The position numbers were made by a program, and so were the translations under genes. Below are positions 11,101 to 23,404 of a stretch of 64,000 nt of DNA, in pieces. The notes beneath the pieces were generated by a model, which made no database searches, had not been told where the DNA came from, and saw only the letters and a program-made list of their open reading frames with translations. Each line of letters opens with the position of its first letter. Position 1 is the first letter of the stretch. This stretch comes from Octopus sinensis (taxonomy: Eukaryota), in NCBI RefSeq assembly GCF_006345805.1, contig NC_042997.1:101618001-101682000 (forward strand), given 5' to 3'.

Positions 11101-14100
11101 TCTAGGGAAAGTTTTGTTTTATTAAGTAAATGAAAGGCAGCAACCTGGCAGAATCATTACCACACTGGACAAAATGCTTAGTGACATCTCTTCTAGCGTT
11201 ATGTTCTGAGTTCAAATTCTGCTGAGATCAACTTTATCCTTCATCCTTTTGGGGTCAATAAAATAAGTAGCTGTTGAGTACTGGGGTTGATGTAATCAAC
11301 TATCCCTGTTCCTCAAAATTTCTGGCTTTGTGCATAGGCACAAAGAAAAGATTATTAAGTAAATGAAATTAAGTAGAAAAGAATATTTAGTAAATGAAAG
11401 AGGGCACAGTACCCTTGTCCTTTGTAGGTTGGTGAGATTAATGCAATTAAACAGATATCTGTCAATCACTTCACAAAAATGTGGCCGAGGTAAGAATTCT
11501 AGAGAGTTACAGTTGAGTGTAGTTTTCCCAATTGAGTTGTGGGGCAAACATCATAATATATGACATCACAAACATTTTAAATCTTGCAGAGATTGCCCTT
11601 CTCAAGATTTAGCCATAGCAAATTTCAACCAGAAAGGGAGAGAGAGAGATATCCAGTATTGGAATGGTACTTTTTTTCAACCTCAAAATGATGAAAGACA
11701 CAGCTGACTTTGACAGAATTTTAACTCAGAGTGCATAAAGCTAGGATAAACAATATGAGATATTCTATTCAATGTTTTTAATGGTTCTCCCAATTCACAG
11801 CTTTCATGCAGATTAGTAGCTAGAGTAAGGAAGCAATTATTTCTGTTGGTAAATGAAATCAGAAGGATTCACAGAAGTTTGGCAAGAAACAAGTTTATGA
11901 AACCCATTGGGTGTGCAACATTAAACTACATGAAAGATTTCTGCATGTCAGTTGATAAAGCAACTGAATATTAAAGTGTTAACCAAGTGTTTGTTGGAGT
12001 GGCAATTAAACTGATATTGATATGTATGGCGAGGAGATAGGTTGTTCTCAATGAAAATTACAATGAACTGACAGGGCAAAACATAGAAAACAATAAGATT
12101 CAGGCTAACTGAGATGATGCAGATTTGTACAACTTACACAGTCATGTAAAATCAGATGTTACAGCTATGGTAATGGTGGTGGTGGTGATGAAGGAGGAGG
12201 AGGAGGAAGGGTGGTAGTAGTAGTAGCAGCAGCTGCGGTAGCAGCAGCAGCCACAGTTGTAGTAGTAGTAGTAATAATAGTTACTTACTTGATGTGATAT
12301 TGATGTAGTTATTAGTTCAATAATTATTTTACATTTCTTTTTCCATATTAAATTACATTATGTTATTGGAGAATGTGAGAAGATCCAATTGCAAAAAGGC
12401 CTTTTTTTTCCCTCTGAATTTATTCTTGTAATTCATAAAAATGTATTACCATTTTAAATAAACACTGAGATGTATTGTAGATGGCTTATATTATTTTTGT
12501 AGGAAACAAACATCTTAAGCACAAAAACTAAAGGTGAACTCCATAATAACATGCTAAAACAGATGGCTTTAGTATGTGTTGCAATGACAAAACTGGTAGT
12601 TGAATTTGCTAAAAGATTGCCTGGGTTTGATGAATTGCCCAAAGAAGATCAAATTGTTTTATTAAAGGTGAGATTATTGTTATTATCAATCTTGAGACCA
12701 TTTTGATAACTTGTTTGTTTTGAAATACTGTTATAGTGTACATATTTTGCATTATGAATAACATCTAATTATGTTGGACTTAAATGAGGACCCATCACTG
12801 CTTATATATATATATATATATTGTTTTTTCTTCCGCAAAATGTTGTTTTCACACAATTGCTTGAAAGTGCTCAGGTAGGTCGAACCTGGGATACTAGTCA
12901 TTATATAACTTGGTTTAAGAAGAGAAAAAATTTAGATAATCATCCTATAGTTATGATTTACATCAACATCATAAATACACAATAGATACACCAAGACAAC
13001 GAACATATCAATATATTATTGTTATTTAGAATAGAAATAAGAAATACATGAGGTAAAAATATATGTGAAAAAGATAAATAAATAAAGAGTGATACATCGA
13101 TTGAAAATCATTAAATTTAAGATGAAAAATGTTGAATTGAGAATTAAAAGTTATAAAATACATCGACAGCAGTGAGAGATCTTAATGATGGATTTAACAG
13201 AGAAATAATAAGGATAAATTTGTTTTAAGAGTTCTAAAGAAATGTTTATAGAGGGTTATAGCTCCATATAAGATATGACTGTAATCAGTTTTGATTAAAT
13301 GAATTTCAGCAAAGACATAAAATACATGCGCAGGTGTGTGTATGTTGTATAAACATTATATATTAACTATGTTATATAAACTATATAGTTTATATATAAA
13401 CTACTGTGTATCCTTGGAAAATCCATAGATGGTAAATATCTAACTTTATAATTACTTATTTGCAATAAACTGCCGTGAGATTAATTAAATAAAATTCATG
13501 TTCCTCTTTATCACTTAATAAATAATAGATATGCATACATATTTTCTGTATCACTAAATCTTCTAATAACATTGCCAGTTTTATCAAGATTAATGGTGAC
13601 ATCTTCCAGAAACCTCCGACAAATATCTTTTTGGGGATATTTGTTGGAAGTTTCTCATTTCATGTTTAGTTAATCTGCTTTTAACTTCAGGGAGAGCTAC
13701 ATGTTTTGAGTTCTGTCTGATAGATTGTTTTGATTTCAGGTTCATCATTAAAGTGTACTTGAGTCTGAAAACCTATTCTTTCTTCATGTATAGTTTATTT
13801 TTACTGTCATGTGAATCTTAGTACAGATTTTGTGTGAGATGCAATGTATTCTTTGTAAAAAAATATATAAAATATATGCATGGGCAGTTAAGTTGAATGG
13901 AAATTTCTTTATAGCATTCGGCTAACTAAATGATTTGTTAATGTTTCCATGAAATACAGATGTAGTGAAAGTATCATTAGCTCAGCTAACTAAACAACAT
14001 GCCTGTATTTCCATGAATTTCAGACACTGTTAAAGTACCTTGGCAGCTAATTGCTTTTCATATGCATATCAGTATGTGTGTTGTGAGAGAGAGAGACTTC

Positions 14101-17100
14101 TAATTATATTAGTAGATTGTATATATAAATAAACCAACAATAACTCCTCTGTACAGTTATTTGATCTGCCACTAATATTAGTCAAGTCTCCCTACTATCT
14201 TCTTAAAAAGAGACATATTTGATAATGTGGTCTTAAATGCAAAATAACTGAAAAACAGAGGCAGCCTTGGTATGGACATTTGCCTTGTCGGAAACAAAAA
14301 CTAAATTCATTCAAACACAGTCTACTACTGTCTTCTAAAAAAAATATACAAGACAGGTTGGTCATGGTCAGAACATATTTGATCATAAGTCTACACACTC
14401 AGAGCTTATTGTAACAAGATTACATAGTCATTTTCTGGAATGTCCTTGATTATAAGACTGCTTCATCAGGTTTGACCTCAACAACAATGGCATCAATAAA
14501 TTGATAATGTTAAAAAATTTCAACAAATCTTTTTTTATCGTATTATTCTCACAGGAAGCATCCAATGAAGTTACGACATTAAGAGCCTCCAGGTGTTATG
14601 ATTATAAAACAAAGACGATAGTTTTTATGACTGGAATACCTGTTACTAAAGAAAATTTAAAAGCTCTTGGTATCAGCAATTATGCAGAAGTTGCATTTAC
14701 TTTCTTCCAAAGTCTGGTAAACCTTTGTGTGGATAATGCTGAATATGCACTTCTCACAGCTATTTGCATTTTTTCAGGTGAGATATAATTCAACTATTTT
14801 ACATTTTTCCTGCATTACTGACTTTTCTAATAGCTTTCAAAACTTCAGAGTTGTACTTGTCCAAGTGAGCAAATACTACAAAATAAAAGCAAGTGGTTTT
14901 TACTAACTCATGAATATTAAATATTGTCTAGAGAAAAACGAATAAAGTACGTTGTCATGAATCCAGCATAAATCTAAACAAAATTAGTGTCATTTATTTC
15001 AAACATAAAAACAATTAGAAAAACCATATAATTTACTTCATGACTGCAGATATGTTAAAAGGCTGAATTCTTGAAATATATAAATATCATCCAAAAATGT
15101 GCAAGGCATATTTTTTTGAATACTATAAATACATTCATTGTGAATTAAACTTTGAAAAGAAGCATAAATTTCATGAATACAAATATTTTCAGCCCCTTGT
15201 TTTTCCCCTCTATGTGCGCACACACACACTTTTCAAAATAAATAAATAAATAAATAAACTTATAATTTCCTAGAAGCATGGTAAATTCTTCCTGAAATCT
15301 GAAAATATTTAAGAGTTGGTGCCTAACTCTGGTTTCATAGCAGGAAGTGAGTAAATGCCCCTTCATCTCACCCCTGCATCCTGGATGGCAATATCTATTC
15401 TATTGCCAACATTCAGACCAGTCTGAGTATAACTTTCCTTGCCATCTATCTCAGAAAACCTGCAATGATCATGGGCATTTCCCATGTATACTTTACTCTT
15501 GAATCAGCATTTTTAACTATTTAATATTCAGATTACTCTGTTGAATCTATTTATTGGGTCATCCCATAAATAATGCAGTTTTTTTCAATTGCATGAACTA
15601 AAAGTTGGAAGGGGGCAGGATAAACTACCTGCATCAACTTGCTATAAAAGCAGGTAGCAATTTTACCTTGTTCTTATTCTTAGAGAAAGTTTTGAAGAGT
15701 TCAGTTCGATTTTAACAGTTTTTTTTTTCAAAGCCATAGTGGAAGTGACAAAGGAGTATATTTGGCATATTTTACTTTATGAGTTCAATAAAAATAGCAC
15801 AATGGAAAGTGCAAGGAATATTAATGCAGTATATGGGGATTGGACAATAAGTGTCAACAGTGGTTCCAGAAATTCTGATCCGGAAACTACAGCCTAGAAG
15901 ATGAGCCTTGTCCTGGAAGATCTGTAGAGCTCAACGAGGGCATCCTACAAACCCTGGTGGAATGAAGCTTGGATTTGGTCATTCAACCATTCATCAACAC
16001 CTGCATGCCATCGGAAAAGTCAGCAAACTGGGTCAATGGGTTCCTCACAAACTAATTGCACGCAGAGAGTAAATGTGTGCTCTTCTTTGTTGTCATGTCT
16101 CATGAATGAAACTTTTTTGGACTGAATAGTGACTGATGATGAGAAATGAGTTCTCTATAAGAATGTCAAGTGCCAAAGACAGTGATTAGGGAAAGGAGAA
16201 ACACCAGCACCCTAGGCTAAAGAAGGTCTTCACCTATGTAAGGTGTTGTCTGTTTGATGGGAGATGAAAGGTTTAGTCCACTTTGAACATTTAAACCCAA
16301 ACCAAATGATAACTTAGGAGATCTACTGTGAGCAATTTGAGCAGTTTAAGTCAGTGCTAGAAGAAAAACAACCATCTTTGGTTTCAAGATGAAAGGTATT
16401 CTTCCACCAGGATAATGCTCAGCCACATACAGCGATGACATTCCAAAGGCTGGAGCAGTTTGAATGGGAAACAATGCCCTGCCCCCATATTCTCCAGACA
16501 TTGCCCCATTTGATTATCATTTATTCTGTAGTCTTCAAAATCATTTGGATGGAAAAATAGGAATTCTGTAAACAAAGTCAGAACAGTACTGGAGGAGTAT
16601 TTTTCATCACAGACAAGTGAATTTTGGAAGAGGGGCCTTGCAAGTCTATTAGATAGATGGAAGAGCATTGTAGAAAATGGAGAATGTAATTTAGATGAAA
16701 AAAGAACTTTGTTTATCTTAATTTTGAAAAATAGAAAAGTATGAAAAAAACGCATTATTTTGGGGATGACCCAATAGTTACAATTTTTTTAATTAGCCAT
16801 TCTTTATTTCATAGCTTTGAGATTTTGATGATGTGGTTGTTTATTTTTAGAATAACACTGTAGGGTAGGTGTAGGAGGCTGGATCTAACCAATTTGAACA
16901 TAGAATTGGTAGAATAATTTGGCAGGTATGGCCAATTTAAATGCTAAAAATTTAAGTAACTTAAAATATTTTGATTCCTTATAATAATAGAAGTTTTGTA
17001 GTTTACTGAATAAACTACAAGGTTTCTCTTCTAATGTTGTACACTCCAGAGTAAAGAGAGTTAAATGCTCTGAAGAACAATGTTTCAGGTACGTCAGATT

Positions 17101-17700
17101 GTTTCAGCTATCCATGGTATGTCTGTACCATGAATAGCTGCAACAAGTGTATGAGTATTTGTATGATCACTTGGTCTTCCAGAAATAGCTATCTAATCTC
17201 CCTCAAACTGCACCCTACCATCTTAAAAAAGAATGGACACATTGGAGAATATAGTACTGAATGCACAATAGCAAAAATAGAAAGAAAACGGTCATCGGTG
17301 GAATGCTTTTAATCATAGATCACTTCTGTCTGGACTAATTTGGGTGAAACAACAATTGTCTCTAATCTATTTCATCAATAGTTTTCTATGTTTTTCTTTA
17401 AAAGTCATAATCAGTTTTTATCTTTTTTATTGATTGAATTATTCTTTTCTTTCTTTCTTAGATCGTCCAGGATTAAAAAATCCAAAAATGGTTGAAAAAT
17501 TCCAAGAAACATTTGTTGATGCACTTTATGCTTATGAAATTGAAAAGCGTACTCATGGGGGCTGTTCTTTCGCTATTTTGCTTTCTCGAATTACGGAACT
17601 ACGTACTATAAGTTTAAAGCATTCTGAGGATCTATTAGAGCTTGAAATGGACAGAATGTTTATTCCTGATTTAGTAAAAGAATTTTTTGGCATTATCTGA
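3084..17700 (+). CDS. EcR: Nuclear receptor, NR1H group (ecdysone receptor/LXR/FXR-like), 6 coding exons; join(3084-3341,6155-6295,8170-8462,12503-12667,14555-14777,17462-17700); possibly 5'-incomplete
   Basis: The spliced exons total 1319 nt in one open frame ending TGA at 17698-17700. Two C4 zinc fingers with P-box CEGCKG and D-box CKYGGNC; hinge [12 protein letters not shown]; LBD signatures [42 protein letters not shown]. All introns are GT-AG with matching phases (1,1,0,0,1). Orthologue versus paralogue status needs a phylogeny. Confidence 0.92.
3454..3864 (-). mobile_element. tRNA-derived SINE, family B (internal GT/AT microsatellite, (TAAAAGA)-type tail)
   Basis: Reverse complement matches the copies at 3977-4367, 38329-38720, 49590-49990 and 54915-55280 along its length. 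Confidence 0.85.
3894..3964 (+). pseudogene. tRNA-Gly(GCC)-derived pseudogene
   Basis: gttcagtggtagaatgctcacctgctacaagggcagccagggttcaattcccagccaatgca aligns to canonical eukaryotic tRNA-Gly-GCC from the D arm to the 3' end. The 5' acceptor strand is lost, the anticodon is GCT rather than GCC, and several CpG-type substitutions are present. Confidence 0.8.
3977..4367 (+). mobile_element. SINE family B
   Basis: Head ggtaagaagtttgcttctcaacc, core cttgagcaagt, tail gtaaatgataaaaga. Confidence 0.8.
5652..6035 (+). mobile_element. Composite SINE: family-B head/core with RTE-type tail
   Basis: Head catggctgtgtagttaagc and ctgaaagaagccc shared with family B; 3' end catgctagcatggaaaa shared with the RTE relics. 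Similar copies at ~24085-24512 and ~26030-26372. Confidence 0.65.
6155..6295 (+). CDS. EcR: NR1H exon: second zinc finger ([47 protein letters not shown])
   Basis: Acceptor atttcatag, donor gtaagt; 141 nt, phase 1-1. Not in the ORF track; translated by hand. Confidence 0.95.
6535..6841 (-). mobile_element. TTAA-bounded MITE-like element interrupted by an internally deleted SINE-B (~6660-6770)
   Basis: Inverted homology with 8965-9190 and with 15513-15551 plus 16777-16955; TTAA at both ends. Confidence 0.6.
7296..7584 (-). mobile_element. SINE family A
   Basis: Reverse complement aligns with 2650-2970. Confidence 0.8.
7640..8105 (+). mobile_element. RTE-type LINE 3' UTR with internal ~60-bp tandem subunits and (GAT)n tail
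   Basis: Repeated ggcacgtaaaaagcacc-like units; ends catgctagcatggaaagcagacattaaa(gat)n, the same tail as the coding RTE relic at 26651-27128. Confidence 0.75.
8170..8462 (+). CDS. EcR: NR1H exon: hinge and LBD helix 1 ([16 protein letters not shown]...[15 protein letters not shown])
   Basis: Acceptor ctattctag, donor gtgaga; 293 nt, phase 1-0. Confidence 0.92.
8487..8957 (-). mobile_element. Diverged SINE family B copy
   Basis: gctatgctgaagcacc, (CA)n and ctaccaaatttcactcacaagg in reverse orientation. Confidence 0.6.
8965..9190 (+). mobile_element. TTAA-type MITE-like element
   Basis: Homologous to the two interrupted copies at 6535-6841 and 15513-16955. Confidence 0.6.
10703..11048 (-). 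mobile_element. Internally deleted RTE-type element (probable 5' leader joined to ORF C-terminus)
   Basis: The minus strand ends [24 protein letters not shown] then (AGA)n, typical of RTE C-termini. The upstream part is a GC-richer leader, assigned from memory only. Confidence 0.5.
11136..11352 (+). mobile_element. SINE with Meta-like central domain and intact 16-bp target-site duplication
   Basis: B-box-like gagttcaaattc; central cttcatccttttggggtcaataaaataagta; TSD tattaagtaaatgaaa at 11120-11135 and 11353-11368. Confidence 0.8.
12503..12667 (+). CDS. EcR: NR1H exon: LBD helices 3-4 (ETNILSTK...[28 protein letters not shown])
   Basis: Acceptor tttttgtag, donor gtgaga; 165 nt, phase 0-0; nuclear receptor LBD signature FAKxLPGF. 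Confidence 0.93.
14555..14777 (+). CDS. EcR: NR1H exon: LBD helices 5-8 ([16 protein letters not shown]...[15 protein letters not shown])
   Basis: Acceptor ttctcacag, donor gtgaga; 223 nt, phase 0-1. Confidence 0.93.
15554..16774 (+). mobile_element. Mariner (DD34D) transposon, full length with decayed transposase
   Basis: TIRs ttgggtcatcccataaataatgc / gcattattttggggatgacccaa; TA TSDs at 15552-53 and 16775-76; motifs [34 protein letters not shown], with stops and frameshifts. Confidence 0.93.
17462..17700 (+). CDS. EcR: NR1H last coding exon: LBD helices 9-12 (DRPGL...[11 protein letters not shown]...[12 protein letters not shown])
   Basis: Acceptor ctttcttag ends at 17461; phase 1; stop TGA at 17698-17700. 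Confidence 0.93.
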
Positions 17701-19347
17701 AAAACAAAAAGTACTAAACGAAATGTAATCAAGCTATTTCTCAGTTCACAAACAGGGAAGAATTTAATTTCCTGATAACTCAAGAGCACATGCTCTTCAT
17801 TGGAAATAAACACTTAAATATTATGGTGGTTGGAAAATAGAAAAGGAAAGAAATGAAAAGACAGTATCCTTCGAACACTATATTACTAAGCATAACAGCT
17901 GAAAAACAACACAAATCTAACAATTTTTTTTTCCTTTTTCATTGATGTGTATACAAAAAGCATGTGAGTATGTACATGTGTGTAAGTAACTGAAGTTTGT
18001 CAATTGTATATAGATCATTTAACGGTTGTACAGTTCTTCATACTATCATAACTCAGTTGATGATCATCAAATGTTTTGCCAACAAAGTTTGGCAATTCAT
18101 TAATCATTTAATGTACAGTCTCTTTTCTTTTTCTTTCTTTTTTTTTGGTGTTTGGGGGTGTGTAAAATAAATGAAAGGTTGAAATACTGTGTAATTAATC
18201 ACTAAGAAATGAAATAATGTCGAAGGTCTCTGTGAAAGCATATGGGGGTAGGATGAAATGTTTAAAAGAAGTAAGACATTAGGTATAGATGACTGTACAT
18301 ACTGTTCAATAGATTAACCAATATTGTAAGTAATCACTTTATCTTGGGTTTTTATTGACTGGTAAAAATACATTTGCTCAAATATATGGTAAAAAAAAAT
18401 CCTAATTTGATTACAGTAAACTACGTAATAATTTGATTACAGTAAAGCATGATTTCATTACAGGAAATAATATATCGAGATCTTTTCTGTTTTTCTTTCG
18501 AAATTTTTCTTTCACTCCTTTTCAAAGATAAAAACAAAAGTGCATGTGTTCCCCGTTTTTAAAGAAATAGCTTTATTAAAATGAAGGAGCAGACTACTTG
18601 AAATTATATATTGATTTTTTTTCCCCCCTTCAAATTTTTATCTTCAATCTTTATCTCAGAAAAAAAAAAGAACTTTAAAAAACAACAAAAAACATTCAAA
18701 GTGACTCTAAAGAAAGTTTTCTGCTGAGGACATTTTTTTTTCATTTACAACTAATGGTATATATAAGTTTTATGAAAGTTTCTATATGAAATGATTAGGT
18801 TATCTGAACTATTTCATAAAAAAAATGTATCAGTAGACCATTCCAGAAATTGATATTTTTTTAATTAGAAAAATAATTAACATAAAAAAAAATATTAACA
18901 TTAAAAAGAAATCTGTAAATACTTTTACCCTTAATTAAGTGACTTCCATTCCATTGAATATCAAAAAAAAAGACAAAAAAATCCCTTAACTTATAATCTT
19001 ATGTTTTATTCAAATGTTCAACCGGTGAACAAATTGTGAAAGCAGGATTTTTACGACATAAAATACTACACAAAGCTTAACATTTTAACTGTTAAATATT
19101 CTTTGCAAAAAATTTATTCCACTATTATCAATGGAATTGTTTGAAGTCCCAGTTTTTCATCCCTGATGTTATTCTTCAATCTTTTATTTGATCCTTATGG
19201 TCAATGTTTTAAATGTTACAATAAGAGCTCTGGTTGTATATTTCAAAAATATCTTGACATTATAAATCGATTGTAAAAGTGCAATATAGTTCAAAATCTA
19301 TTTTGAATAGCTTTTTGATTTTTTTTTCTTTCTCTATTTTTTAAAAC

Positions 19348-19383
<36 letters not shown>

Positions 19384-19990
19384 ATCATTGTTATTTATTC
19401 ATTTATTTATTATTTATTTATTTATTTTTAATTATTATTATTGTTATTATTTTTTGCTATAAGCCTCTTTCTGTGATGAAATGTTTGATATCATATACTT
19501 CAGGTGATATCGTTTGAAACACATGTAGCAAGCAAGTTAAGTGTAGTAACTAAACAAAAAAGTGTATGTTGTTGGAAGCCATCATGTGAAATTGTAAGAA
19601 TGATTCATGGAGAGAAACTGCTGACCACATTATATTAAAATTCAATGTTAGGTTATGAATTACCATACATAAAACAAATCAATGTTTGAAGCTTGAAAAA
19701 TTATAGGACTAAATTAATAATGTTATCTAAAAATATATTAAAACATTCTTATCTATGTAGATAAGTTCGTAAACATTTTCAAACTATTTACACCGGTGTC
19801 TTGTTAGTCTTTCATTTTTGACAGCTCAAGAAGTTTGGAAAATGCTTTTTTTCTGCTTTTCTTATGATAAATATATTTAAGGCTATGATTTAAGCCATTA
19901 TTTTATTTCAAAATATAATTCTCACTTGTTAATTTTTATATACACCCTGACATTGTACATTATTCATTGTCATAACACACAGTTCTTCAA
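17701..19990 (+). other. Probable long AU-rich 3' UTR of the NR1H gene (end uncertain)
   Basis: About 2.3 kb free of recognisable interspersed repeats directly after the stop codon; AATAAA at 17805 and 18166. Confidence 0.45.
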
Positions 19991-20127
19991 TGTTAAAATG
20001 GCACAGATGATATTATATTTCTGCTAAAAGAGTCAAGGGCTTTTTACAGTTTTATACATACACGTGTATGTATGTGTGTGTGTATATATATATATATATA
20101 TAAACACATATGCACACACACACACAT

Positions 20128-20161
<34 letters not shown>

Positions 20162-20175
20162 ACACACATGCACAC

Positions 20176-20222
<47 letters not shown>

Positions 20223-21939
20223 TGGGAGAGGTGTATCAATGTATGTACATATATATATATATATATATATACACTTACACAAATATATTCACACACACAC
20301 ATATATATATATGTGAAGTCAGATAGATATTAATTACACAAGAACAATGACGCATGGGCTTTGAAATGTAAAAAAAAATACACAATGGAAATATAGACAT
20401 GATCATACATGCCAATATTGATAGGGATTGTACACACTAACATTGAAACTAGTAACAAAGACTTTATATGTGTCTGCATGACAGTGCACACGTTCATGTG
20501 TGTGCTTGCATTCAGTAGATGAATACATTTATGTATGTGTTTTACATACAGACAAACATACATATACACATACATACACATACATATATTTTGTTAAATA
20601 GTTTTTTGTTGCTTCTCCTGAAAAATCATAATTATATCAATTATTTTTTGAGCACTTTTAGTGAATAATACTTCATTATAACTAATTATAGTGCATCTTG
20701 TGCAATGTGTATGTGTCTCCTTTCTGGCTATCTGTATTAAATATCTTGTACTAAAGGCTAAATAGCACTCTAAAATAGGTGCATTGTAATACATTTTAAA
20801 ATGTGTATAGCCAGGTATTAAAAGGAAAAGACTTTAAGCACATTACTTTTTTAATAGAAACATATTGGCAAAATCAGAAATACGCTACTATCATCATCAA
20901 GTTCTGAGTGCAGACTGATGATCAAATTGCATATAGTTCAAAATATACTCAGTATGGAAGAGGAGACCAGAAAGTAACAGGATCAACAAAAAGTGTTTCG
21001 GATTTTTCATAATCAGTTTGCATTGTAGATGCCTTTTTACAGAATGAACTTATGTTGTCACAAAATTGACTGCAAAACTAGTCAAAGTCAACTTACATAA
21101 TGAGTACATTAAAATTAGTACTGAAGAACAAGAAACATTTCATATGTAAAGTATTTAGAGAGAGCTCCATAAGAAAGACGAGTTCAAGACTATTAATCAT
21201 ATTTTTATGTCATTTACATTTGAGGGTTTTTTTTTTCTTTAACTCCTTTGTGCATGAAATATTTCTTTTTATTCTGAGAATTTTATTGCAGCATTAATTT
21301 CATCATACTCCTCATGTAGGTTGACCTTGTTTTACTGCCAATATTTGTGATTTGAGTTCTCTCTATAAAGATATAAGCAACAACACAAACAGATTGTGAC
21401 TGAATAAGAAGCACTTGTGGTTCATCTTATTTTTCCAGCTTTCTTTCTTCACACTGTACATATTTTGAACAATATTCAATTTAAACATCAGCCCATGTTC
21501 ATCAACCAGTGATGAAAGTAGTATATTTTTGGCCTCAATATATTTCTATTAGAAATACACATACATCAAGCCAAGATACTTTGCTGTCTGTCTATATGTA
21601 TTTTAATATGTAAAAGAAAGATTAGAGTTAAGTATATTTTAGATATTAGATTTAATTAGCTTTTCTATCAAGATCTTTCTAAATTCTTTACACAAAGTAA
21701 GTAATGGTTTTTGGGTTGTTTTAATCTTTTCTATTGAGTTCTTTCTAAATCCTTTATATTTGTTTGTTCCTGAGAAATTTATTTCAGCTTTCATTGTGTT
21801 GTGTATTCATAGTTCTGAGATTCATTGCCTCTGCTGGCAACAAAAGGATTCTCTCTCCCGGTGAATGGCATATGCTTGTGTAAAAAATGTATTGTTGCTT
21901 GTTAGCAAAACATGAGGACTGATTATGGAGGACTACAAA

Positions 21940-22333
21940 GCAATGAAGTAATTACGCTTTCATGGATATGTAAGGCTTATGCCATAAGAAACAGAACACA
22001 AATTATGCTGAGTAATAGATTGTGTACAGAAGGAATCAAAAGTATTGTGATGGTACAGAAATGTAGAGATATTTGAGTGAAGAAGTGCTAATACAGCAAA
22101 AGGATGCAGAAGAGGAAAACATGGGATGTGATGAAAACTGATCTCAAGAGATTAAAGCTCAAGAAGGAGACAAGTAACAAGTGCCAATAATGATCACTGT
22201 GCAACAGTTGGCCTGTCAGTCCATGCAAGCATGAAATGTAGATATACCATAACAATGATTAATGTCTATATGTGTATGTGTGCGTGTAACCCATGCTAGC
22301 ATGGAAAACGGACGTTAAATGATGATGATGATA
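21940..22333 (+). mobile_element. Decayed RTE LINE 3' end with (GAT)n tail
   Basis: LRFHGY..., RRKTWDVMKTDLKRLKL-like residues, then the catgctagcatggaaaacggacgttaaa(tga)n tail. Confidence 0.6.
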
Positions 22334-22334
22334 T

Positions 22335-22459
22335 CTATATATAATACATATATATATTTATGTATATAATACATATATATGTATACAATACATATATATA
22401 TATATAATACATATATTTATGTATACAATATATATATATATGTATAAAATACGTATATA

Positions 22460-22499
<40 letters not shown>

Positions 22500-22628
22500 G
22501 TATATAATATATATATGTATATATATATATATATAATATATATATATATATGTATATAATATATATATGTATATAATATAATATATATATATATATATAA
22601 TATATATATATGTATAAAATACGTATAT

Positions 22629-22688
<60 letters not shown>

Positions 22689-22776
22689 ACATATATATAT
22701 ATATGTATATAACATATATATATATATATATGTATATAACATATATATATATATATATATATAATATATATATATG

Positions 22777-22821
<45 letters not shown>

Positions 22822-23120
22822 GTATGTAATATAATTTTTCTGAATCTTCAGATTTTAATATGCTAGACCACTGGTTTTAAATTGATATTAATCAAATTAA
22901 TTTTTCACCCTTCTTATGTATGTATATATATATTATATATATATATATATTATATATATATATATATATGTGTATAATATATATATATATAATATACATA
23001 TATATGTATATAATATATATATATATAGTACATATATATATAAATATATATACATATGTAATACGTATATAATACATATATATATATATACATATACATA
23101 TATATATAGAGAGAGAGACA
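22335..23120. repeat. Long compound (TA)n/(TATG)n microsatellite
   Basis: Directly visible; source of many spurious YI-rich ORFs. Confidence 0.95.
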
Positions 23121-23366
23121 GACAGATAGATTGATAGAAAGATTTATGTATGTATATGTGTGTCTATATATGTACCCATCTATATCTCTATACATCTGAT
23201 GATGTGGACATGTTCTACACCAACAAAATTTTAAATAACGTGAAGCTGAGCCAAACTGTTATTAAATTTAGATAGATAGAAATGGATATGTGTCTGCATA
23301 TACATATATATATAGATAGATATAAATATACATAATTGTGTATATATTCTCACACACACATGCATG

Positions 23367-23404
<38 letters not shown>

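Noticed and set aside
8463-14783. Three consecutive introns start with the identical donor GTGAGA
   Set aside because: Close to the GTRAGT consensus; coincidence is sufficient.
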